NCBI GenBank assembly: GCA_024626585.2
Contig: JANKJI020000002.1
Location: forward strand, 215,374,551 to 215,392,922
Source of the DNA: Ginkgo biloba
Taxonomy: Eukaryota > Plantae > Ginkgophyta
Direction: 5' to 3'
DNA: 18,372 bases
The notes under the pieces are model-generated. The model searched no databases, was not told where the DNA came from, and was given only the letters and a program-made list of their open reading frames with translations. Every line of letters starts with the position of its first letter. Position 1 is the stretch's first letter. Shown here piece by piece: positions 9,625 through 18,372 of the stretch. A program made the translations under genes and the position numbers.

Positions 9625-10654
9625 TGGTGTAGGGCAGGATTGGAGACACTGTTTTAGGTTGCATCGACCAATGACACAATGCTCACTGAAGATATTAGAG
9701 AAATAATGTCGGACATCAATCATCCCAATGCTAACATTGACAGTGAATACTTCAACCATTGATGCTGACACTGACTGACCTCCATTGGTCATTGGTTAGT
9801 CACAACTTCTCATCAACGAAATCAATGGACTTTACTCTCCAACTGACATTGTCACCCACTATGCCTTCCAAGATATTTAATAAACAAACATGTTGATGAT
9901 GTTAATAAACTTCCAATCTATTACACCAACGATCACTCCACTGACAACCCATGAGAATTTACACACAATAATAAAATGCTTGATTTTAATAATTTCCAAC
10001 AATACAAAAATAAAAGACTCAAACATCTCAATGAAATACAAATATTTAATTGGAGAAACCCTTTTAGAGAATAAAACTTTAGATCCATTAGTAAATAATC
10101 ATTTTTCATATTACATAAGCCTCCACGGCTCTTTCTCACTGTGAGAGGGCCAAATACATGTAATTTTAAGTAATTTTTACTAGGGCCACTGCCCATTGTA
10201 CCTCAAGCTACCTCAATCGACGTGTCATCTTGGCTCTCTTTAATTTTTGGCTTTAACAGACTCCTCAATACCTCTAGTTCACCAATCCAGGATGAAAATC
10301 ATGTTATCCCTCTCCTGAGCTGCCTCCCTTGATGTTCTACCTAGTTAATCGATCACTTGCTAGCTACTACGTGATCGTTGGCTCAATCCTTGAGATTTTT
10401 AGGTATGCCTTAGACTACATCCCTTGCAGTTTGGCCTTAAATGACTATCTTTCACATCTTAGCACATCGTGCATAGTTGGGTGATTTAAATCACTTTATA
10501 AAATTGATTAGGGGTTTAAATCTGCATCCCACACACCCCACTTTCACCATTCAAATGCTCAAATCCACCGTCCTACACCCTATATCCATTATCAAATGAC
10601 TCCCATAGCCTTCTGTATGGTTCAAAACTTCAAACCTTTAGCAAGTTCTAATCC
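9625..10654 (-). mobile_element. Long (>1 kb) 5' LTR fragment containing repeat copy 2 (10166-10654)
   Basis: Non-coding. Ends in CA just before the PBS on the minus strand and shares ~490 bp with 4368-4875. The LTR 5' end is not identified. Confidence 0.65.
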
Positions 10655-12355
10655 GTTTTCGGATCCTAGTAGTAAAAAATATGTCAAAATGTATGAAGTC
10701 CCGANNNNNNNNNNNNNNNNNNNNNNNNNNNNNNNNNNNNNNNNNNNNNNNNNNNNNNNNNNNNNNNNNNNNNNNNNNNNNNNNNNNNNNNNNNNNNNNN
10801 NNNNAACAAAGCCATGCTACTCATTACACTTATGGGGAAGCCCCCCTATAGTCATCACGAAAGTCAACGATATTTGCACCATGGGTATATAACTCTGTTT
10901 CATATTATTGTGGTCTTGGAATTGTTATTTGTAAATCGGCAGGCAACGTTTTCTGCATCATCTTGATGGATGTGGTCTAGATGCACAGTTTGTCAGGCTG
11001 ATAGATTGATTATTTTTGTTCTCTTTTGTGTTGTGTATACTTTGGAGATTTCTTATAGTGTACTCGAGCAGGAAAGAGGAAAATATCAAAAGTATAAATA
11101 ATCTTGCATTTACTTTTGTAGGGAACACTGAAGAGGCAATTGACATATAGATCATCTTCAGTTTTGGAAGCGAATTCTATGTGCATTGCTATTTCCTTGT
11201 GGCTTGAACCTTGGTCAGTCTGTTGAAGTATTTTGCTTCGTGTACTTTGTGACAGCTAGGTAAGTTTCTAATTTATGATGACATTGGCCCACTTTTTCAT
11301 AATTCAAATTTATGATTGAATTGTCAATATGGTTGCTTGCTTCACAGAGTTTTGAACAAGAGATAAAGGCTTAAGTAGTTTTTACACTATTAGAAGTATG
11401 CCTATCATTTTATTTTCACTTTCAATAGACAATAGATGATGCATTATTACACATTATCTGCTCTATGTGAATGCTCATTTTGCTTATTTTGTAATTTGCA
11501 TTTATAAAAAGATGGATTATAGACATGCATAGACATTGAGATGGAGTTACAGTTGACTGATTATTTGCTATAATTTCAATACTCATGTAAGATGTGTCTT
11601 CTTTCTTTTTTTGATATATTCTAGATTTAAAATGGTTCACTATTCTGTTTTCTGCCTCTCTGCATTCTATTTCTTTTGGAAAGAAGAGAGCAAAAAAATC
11701 AACTGCAAAAAAACAATGGGATTAACGAGCATTTAAGTTTGCGGGCAAGTTCAACATGTAAATATTCAATTATAATTTGTAATCGTTGCCAACTCACTTA
11801 TAGGTAAGTCACTCGTTTGATCTCCTTATGTTGAAAATTTCAAATTTCAAACTAAGCATTGTTGTATGTGCTGCCATGGAAAATTAAAATTGTGCTTTGA
11901 GGGTAAGTTTTAGTTCAGGTCATGCAATTGTGTTTAGATGTGTGCACTTGGATATGTCTAGGACTATATTTTGTGAGGTTTCTTTGATCCTCTCCTTTTA
12001 TGCATGTGAGCAACTCTCCTTGCATTCCTCTCTTTGTTCCATGTTAGTGTTAAATAATGCGTATTGCATTCGTTGCACAAATGCAAGCAGGCCACAATGG
12101 GTTTATCTTTCATATTCCTAATCTTTTGGTATTTTTCTATTGCATAATGCTTCCCATTTTAAGTTTCGACTATTCATATTGATCAAGCCTTGGGATTATA
12201 TTCAGGTCTGTAGACCTATATATTATCTTGTGAGGTTTTGTTTGCTATCCTCTTCTTATGTCTATTTCTTGGAAGGTCTCCATGTGTTCTTTGTTCTCTT
12301 TGTGTTTGTGTTTTTGTTCTTCAGATTCCTTGTGTTTGTTCTTTGTGGTGGGATG

Positions 12356-12959
12356 TGTGAACTTTAGGATCACAGGTGGAAAACGAGTAAACAAAGAATC
12401 AAACCACAACACAAATGTTTTCTACCACAGATTTTCTTATTAGATGCAGCACAATGGAATTGATCTAATATAACTTGATGATGGTACAATGGGTACGGGG
12501 TCTATTTAATAGATGCACAAACAATAACCTCCTTATAACTTCCTTCGGAAGTCATGATTAGCTCACTAATTACAACATAAGTACATTGTTAATTACATAA
12601 AGTACGATTACATTAAATACAATGAANNNNNNNNNNNNNNNNNNNNNNNNNNNNGTCGAACTGACAAAATAGTACAAAGGTCGAACTAAACTATTGCGCC
12701 ATTTTTCTGCTCTAAGCCTTCTAGAAGGCCAACGAACATGTATTCTTGATCAAGTGCGACTTGGAGAGGGGTTTTTGGACCGTGGAAGACCTAAATTGAA
12801 GCTAGAGTGAAGTCGCACCCTTATTAGAGGGTTTTTGAAGCACTGTGGAGCTTCTAGAGGCTGTATTACATGCAGTTTTGATCCAGATTGCTGCCAAAAT
12901 CATTATCCGTCACTCCTTGGTCATTGAGGGTTCATTCTAAAGGCGTAAGATTACCGTTT
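12356..12959 (-). mobile_element. Possible LTR fragment
   Basis: Abrupt switch from T-rich to A-rich sequence at TGTGAAC (12356); TATA-like CTATTAAATAGA on the minus strand (~12502-12513); short repeats (GTCGAACT x2); palindrome GCCTTCTAGAAGGC. No PBS, PPT or partner LTR. Confidence 0.3.
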
Positions 12960-13066
12960 NNNNNNNNNNNNNNNNNNNNNNNNNNNNNNNNNNNNNNNNN
13001 NNNNNNNNNNNNNNNNNNNNNNNNNNNNNNNNNNNNNNNNNNNNNNNNNNNNNNNNNNNAGTGATC

Positions 13067-13142
13067 TATGTATATATATATGTATGCATATGTGTGTGTG
13101 TGTGTGTATAGAGAGAGAGAGAGAGATACATAGACACACACA
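13067..13142. repeat. Compound microsatellite (TA)n(TG)n(AG)n(CA)n
   Basis: Directly visible, next to the gap. Confidence 0.95.
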
Positions 13143-13200
13143 TGCATTATTCATCGTAGTATATAGCTTAAATTATAGTGTGATCCCATAGAGTTCCCCC

Positions 13201-13740
13201 TTTGATATAAGTAATTTTTGGGATGATTTACTTTTAAGTGACCATAATTAAAATTTTAGTACCATTCTACTTATTTCCATTAGCACCATTAGATGTTGTG
13301 AGGAGGGTATGAAATATGATTGGTCTAGATTTATATTAGGGGAATTCATTTATTAGTTAAATATTGATTACCAAGTTGGCTATGGTAATATTAGTTATAC
13401 CTCACTTTGAATGATGTGAATATTTATGTATTTCCATATGATATGGCCTTAACTTGTAGGTGACATATTATATTTCAAGGATCTTACCATTATGAGATGG
13501 TGCATAATTGTACAAGATTCTACACATGATCCCAACCATTAGAGAAATGGAGAAGATTTACTTGAGATTAGAGATCTAAGTGAGAGAGACATTATGGATG
13601 AACCTTATGCTCATATTTTATAGGATTTAGATATAAATATAGAGGATATTAGGGTGAGTGAGTGAGGTCTCATACTAGTGAGAGGATCCATTCATGAGGT
13701 AATTAATATAGGCATTATGTGGAGGTTAGAGAGAGATCTA
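13201..13740 (+). pseudogene. Decayed plant mobile domain (PMD, PF10536)-like ORF, antisense to the gypsy pol remnant
   Basis: Single frame from 13312: KYDWSRFILGEFIY*LNIDYQVGYGNISYTSL*MM*IFMYFHMIWP*LVGDILYFKDLTIMRW...LLEIRDLSERDIMDEPY. Order and spacing match PMD motifs as I recall them: Y-x-WG...L..LY.QL / G...LL..W....F...RP / RW / L..L...D..W.PY. By-eye match only. Confidence 0.55.
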
Positions 13741-13834
13741 GTGATGGGGAAGGAGTGTCTCATGGAGTTGGTATCATAATTATTCGTCATTATAATCTTT
13801 TAATAGTGGTTGTTACCATTATGTTGACTAGGAA

Positions 13835-13880
13835 AAGTGACCACTATGGGTGTGCAAGTGACCACTATGGGTGGAGTGAC
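13835..13880. repeat. 21 bp tandem duplication
   Basis: AAGTGACCACTATGGGTG at 13835 and 13856, with a partial third copy. Confidence 0.85.
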
Positions 13881-14649
13881 TTCAGATGGAGTTGTAGGAT
13901 CTAATACTAGGATTTATAAAAAAATAAAAAATTATGATTGATTCTTTTTTTATTGTAGAATCATTATATTTAACATCATTTATTTAGTGTTTTAGGGAGA
14001 TATGATTGGATTTATAGATAGATAAATTATTCATAGAGTGTTAGATGAGATTTTATACTATGCTCATTGAGATACCCTAATTTCCTTAATAGATATAGGA
14101 ATAACATGATTGGTAGGTCCTCACTCATATTTTTTTATTATAGTTGTGTAAAATTGAGATATTCATAATGTAGATTAAGTGGACCTAGAAACACTAAGGG
14201 ATAAGGTAGGTAGGTATTACACCCACTAGCTAGTTTAGGTAGAAACTAATATGCAAGTAGCTCTTACATTCAATCATTAAGGTCTCTATCTATTGGGTCT
14301 AATGAGGGTAGACAACATATATCTAGGTCTAGGCATAGTCATTCTAGGTCTATATAAGAAGATTTGGGTGGTAAGTGATACAGATACCCACATATATATG
14401 AATTTTGGATGGATATCATTTTTGTATAACTCATACGAGATCATTTTTTATAGTTCATGTGGAGCCAATTATATTTTGATATCTTTTGTACATGCAATAG
14501 TTAAACTTATCTTATATACATGCACGTGTATTTGGTGATAATAATCAAATGATTCCTTTTTGGTGTATTTGTTAATTTTTTTGTGATATGCAATTATTAT
14601 TTAAAATAGTAGCATATGATTTTTTGTGTTTTTATGTATTTTTAATTAT

Positions 14650-15310
14650 TTACATGATGTAAGGTTTTTTTTTTTGCTAATTTATATTCCATGCCCTTGA
14701 ATGTTAAGATATGATATGCCCCATTATGTATATCATTAACAATGATAAAGGGGTGAAGCCATTCTGGTGTGAACTTGTACTTTTTTATATAAAGATAGTC
14801 CATCTTAAGAACCTTATCTATGATGGTAAAATTTATATATTAAACTTATTATCATAGGCTATTTGGATCTTATTTTTATAAGCCATAGGATGTTGTTGTG
14901 TCAAGAGTCATTTCTTGTTTATTTCTTCTAGTTCAGTAAGTCATATAGCCTTAATCCCTTTTTCATCGAGAAACTATTTTCTAGAAATCCTTAAGGATGG
15001 AATAACAATATCATGAGGGAGAATTTCTTCCTCCCCATAAATAATAAAATATGGAATTACTATTGTAGGTGTCCTAATGCTAGTTTGATAGGCCCAAAGA
15101 GTAGGGAAAATTTTCCAATGTCAGTCTTAATGAGAATCACTCATTATTTTTTGAAAGATTTTTTACTAGAATCTTATTAAAGGCTTCAACTTAGCCATTG
15201 GTTTATGGGAAGTAAAAAGAATAAGTATTATGCATGATATTTAATTCATGATATAGATCTTCCACATATTGATTATAAAAGTATTTTCTATTATCCATAA
15301 TTATGACATT
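14650..15310 (-). pseudogene. pol: Decayed Ty3/gypsy (Tat/Ogre-like) integrase core and C-terminus
   Basis: Manual translation: NVIIMDNRKYFYNQYVEDLYHELNIMH...YFP*TNG*VEAFNKILVK; frameshift; D*HWKIFPTLWAYQTSIRTPTIVIPYFIIYGEEEILPHDIVIPSLRIS...LTELEEINKK*LL...AY; then DKVLK...KFTPEWLHPFII...GAYHI (GPY/F-type motif). No chromodomain seen. Confidence 0.9.
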
Positions 15311-15412
15311 AATTTTTAGGAGATTGGTCAGTGATTTGGCCTTCAACGTGAAATTGACCAAGAATCGCCTATGGAACCCAAGTTTTCCAAGGAATGCATT
15401 TATTTTGATACG
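15305..15412 (-). pseudogene. pol: Gypsy RT thumb/connection fragment
   Basis: RIKINAFLGKLGFHRRFLVNFTLKAKSLTNLLKINV matches the FLG..G(F/Y).RRF..F...A.PLT.LLKK motif. Confidence 0.8.
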
Positions 15413-15542
15413 TNNNNNNNNNNNNNNNNNNNNNNNNNNNNNNNNNNNNNNNNNNNNNNNNNNNNNNNNNNNNNNNNNNNNNNNNNNNNNNNNNNNNNNN
15501 NNNNNNNNNNNNNGTGAGAGAAAACCCTCAATATTCGAAAAA

Positions 15543-15698
15543 TTTTACCATGAGCCCCTCTATTACATTATTATGATAAAATTGGAGAAAAATTCTTATG
15601 GTCATAGCCCCTCAATTACATTATTTTTACCATGAGCCCCTTTATTACATTATTATGGTAATATTCGAGAAAAATTCTTATGTTCATAGCCCCTTAAT
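15543..15698. repeat. 82 bp tandem duplication with internal sub-repeats
   Basis: TTTTACCATGAGCCCCT.TATTACATTATTATG.TAA.ATT.GAGAAAAATTCTTATG.TCATAGCCCCT at 15543 and 15625. AGCCCCT occurs four times. Confidence 0.9.
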
Positions 15699-15743
15699 AA
15701 GATTGACCCCATAGAACCAAGAGTTAGGTCTCTATGGCACATC

Positions 15744-16505
15744 AGAGAAGAGTTCATGCCCGATAACCTTTTCTAGTACATCTTCCATAAATGGTAATGG
15801 AAATGCATCTTTCTTTATTACTTTATTTAACTCTTGGTAGTTGACACATCTTCGCAACTTTTCGTTCTTTTTTTGTACTACCATGATGGAGTTGATCCAT
15901 TCACTATTTTTGACCTTATAGATATATCCTGCGTCCAACATTTTGTCAATTTCTACTTTATAGTGTGATTTCATTTGATAGAGTCTTCTCTACTTGGGTT
16001 TTTCCCCGCCGATTAGGTCAATGTGGTGTTCACCCAACTCACATGGAGTACCCTTCAAATCCTTGTAGGACCATGCAAAGACATCTTTTTGTTCTTGAAA
16101 AACTGTAGAAGCTTGGGTGACTATTTCTCTATCGTAGTAGTCTCCTATAGTGATGTTACTAGGCTATTCCATTGTGCCAATGTTGATTCCCCTTGTTTTC
16201 AAGTCTTGGAAATGGATGACTTTCTTATCGGGTGTAAGCGTATGTCCTAGATTTTCATCTATTTGTTGTTCCCCATATTCAACTTTCGAAAAATACTCAA
16301 GATATTGGGTTGCTTCTTTTGCAACTACTACCAAGTCATTAGGAGGTGTTTTCGGTTGGGTTGTTGTCCATCCTCGGTTGGAGTATCGTTCATGGATGAC
16401 ATATTGTAGCATCGTAGATCCTGTATTTTCTTGGTATCCTTTTGTACAACTAGGTACTCTCTCCTTTTGGTGAATTGAATGAAATTTGTTCTTAACTCCG
16501 CCCAT
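15744..16505 (-). pseudogene. pol: Decayed Ty3/gypsy (non-chromovirus, Tat-like) pol: pre-RT linker and RT N-terminus
   Basis: One frame with TAG stops at 16164-16166 and 15990-15992: INIGTME*PSNITIGDYY...KDVFAWSYKDLKGTPCELGEHHIDL...K*RRLYQM...EIDKMLDAGYIY...SEWINSIMVVQKKNEKLRRCVNYQELNKVIKKDAFPLPFMEDVLEKVIGHELFS. Homology stops before the first catalytic Asp. Confidence 0.93.
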
Positions 16506-16801
16506 GATTTCTTTCTCATCACTTCTTGCNNNNNNNNNNNNNNNNNNNNNNNNNNNNNNNNNNNNNNNNNNNNNNNNNNNNNNNNNNNNNNNNNNNNNNN
16601 NNNNNNNNNNNNNNNNNNNNNNNNNNNNNAGTTATTTTTGCAAGATTCTTATGGGCCCACCAAATGAGGGGAACATTTTCCTTTAGTACACTTTCTTCTT
16701 AAAGTGTTGGGTGATGCATCAGACTCTGGTTGAGATGTTGAATTTGATATTTTAATGCATTATACATCGTTACTTTCGTTAGGAAGTGGACCTAGAGTAG
16801 C

Positions 16802-18372
16802 CTACGATGCCACCAAGGGTATTGAGAAGCTAGGAAAGACATCTAGTGTAAAAGTTAGAGAAGCCTCACGATCTAAGTCTCTTGAGTTCTTCATAAGGGT
16901 GAGACCATCATGCAATGATTCTATGCCAAGAGAGTTTTGGGATGATAGGACCTCATGGTCCTTTCCTGATCCCACTTGTTTTATTGGGTATTCTAGGGGT
17001 TGTGCCTTAACCCTTCTAACAAAAGGCTCTAGGACATTTTCACTCCTAGTGGGAGCCACTATATCCATAGCATTTTGTCTCTCTAATTCCATCATTACTA
17101 TAGGGACCTATTCCTGAGTGATAGAAGGGACTCCACTTTAGAGCTCTAGGACCTCCCTTACCGCATTTTCCTATGCATCTTGGGTTTCTCCATCACTGGT
17201 AGTCATTGGGGCAGATTATTGAGATGAGCTTGGGTATTCCTTCAAGATGTGTTTTCCTCTGAGATTAGCTTGGTTCATCTCTTGGGACAATGTCCTCAAA
17301 GAACATATGGAGGGAATTAACTCCTAGACATTGGATTGATTTGAACCAGTCAAAGGTAGAGTATCCTCAATCATAGTAGTAGCTCTCCTAGCTAAAATTC
17401 TGGCTCAATTTTCCAATGCTCATTTTCTTCAATCTCCTCAAAATAGGATTATTTTTCCCATTAAAACGTGAGGTGCATAGAGGCTAATTCATCTCTAAGT
17501 TATGAGATTGTGGTTTCCTTCTTAGTTCATTATTCATGGCTCTTCACTCCTTNNNNNNNNNNNNNNNNNNNNNNNNNNNAGATGCCTTTTTTTAATCTAT
17601 TTGGGAATTCATTTTTGCTAATTGAGATAAATAGGCTAGATGAATCTCTTTGACTCCTAGAACCACCTTGAGGCTCATGGTTAACCGCTTCTGGAGTTCT
17701 TCAACTTCTTTCCTTGTTAAAGTTAATTGTTCTTGTATTCCTGTGATGATTTTCATAGGGACACTCTTAAGTTGTTATATTTCTACCATGTACTCAATGA
17801 TTNNNNNNNNNNNNNNNNNNNNNNNNNNNNNNNNNNNNNNNNNNNNNCCTGGAAATTTGTAACTTCTGACTCCAACTGATATATTTTATATTTTATCTCA
17901 GGGGAACGTGGGGTGCTTCATTGGTTTTTAGTATCACTTGCCTCAAGATATATACATATGGACGAATGTTAAGGGGTGTGTCCAAAGCTAAGATGGCATG
18001 CTCTATTTTGAGGAGGGTTCACAATCTGCTAATCTCTTTTGTTAATACATTTAAAATGAGGTCTAATGCCTAATTTTCTTCATGAGCATGGTGAGATTTC
18101 TAAACCAACTCTAATTAAAGCTCCTATACTCTTGTGGTGAGGTCTTGCGCAATCCCTAAGATCAAGTCTTTGGTAGAACAGATGGTCAAAGTGTTATCCA
18201 GGACCTACACTTTGGGTGTAAACCTTCCCTTTCTCTTTTCCCTTACCCTTTGTAGTCACTTGGGAGGGACAATATCAAAATCTGCATCAAGATTAAAATA
18301 TGTCCTAGCCACATCATGGATCCATATAAAGAGAGGAACTTGGGTGATGGGAGGCAGTGAAGTAAGAGAAGG
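16802..18372 (-). pseudogene. Possible decayed retrotransposon accessory ORF (coiled-coil, basic patch)
   Basis: Purine-biased minus strand with long stop-interrupted frames: KGKGKEKGK patch (~18225-18252), heptad-like IQEQLTLTRKEVEELQKRL (~17680-17740) and a 97 aa ORF at 16802-17095. No named domain recognised. Confidence 0.3.

Larger units (their letters stand above)
1608..16629. other. Nine 100-N spacer gaps (assembly feature)
   Basis: 1608-1707, 3022-3121, 4876-4975, 7278-7377, 9419-9518, 10705-10804, 12960-13059, 15414-15513, 16530-16629. Seven shorter gaps of 15-45 N lie inside blocks. Confidence 0.95.

Noticed and set aside
4368-10654. One intact retrotransposon (LTR-gag-LTR)
   Set aside because: The repeats are inverted rather than direct, the PBS at 9611 is on the opposite strand to gag, and 100-N gaps intervene.
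1538-17862. ORF-track entries containing X runs
   Set aside because: Artefacts of translating through N gaps.

Overview
AT-rich, repeat-dominated eukaryotic DNA, most likely land plant (Ty3/gypsy, plant-mobile-domain and GDSL-lipase remnants; a large-genome plant such as a gymnosperm is plausible but only inferred). I find no intact protein-coding gene, RNA gene or CRISPR array. Nine gaps of exactly 100 N split the window into ten blocks of 1.0-2.4 kb, and content changes at most gaps. It therefore looks like short contigs concatenated with spacer Ns, and adjacency across those gaps should not be trusted. Recognisable content: a ~41-42 bp palindromic tandem array next to a possible CACTA terminus; a 270 bp LTR with a tRNA-iMet PBS; two opposite-orientation copies of a larger LTR-like repeat, one ending at a PBS; a rearranged GDSL esterase/lipase pseudogene; a decayed gypsy gag with a CCHC knuckle; gypsy RT and integrase remnants. 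The most interesting block is 13060-15413. It holds a Tat/Ogre-like gypsy remnant in which the RT connection region is fused in frame to the integrase core, and a decayed plant mobile domain (PMD)-like ORF lies antisense and 3' of pol. The ORF track shows none of this. I do not see convincing evidence for a new functional biological system.
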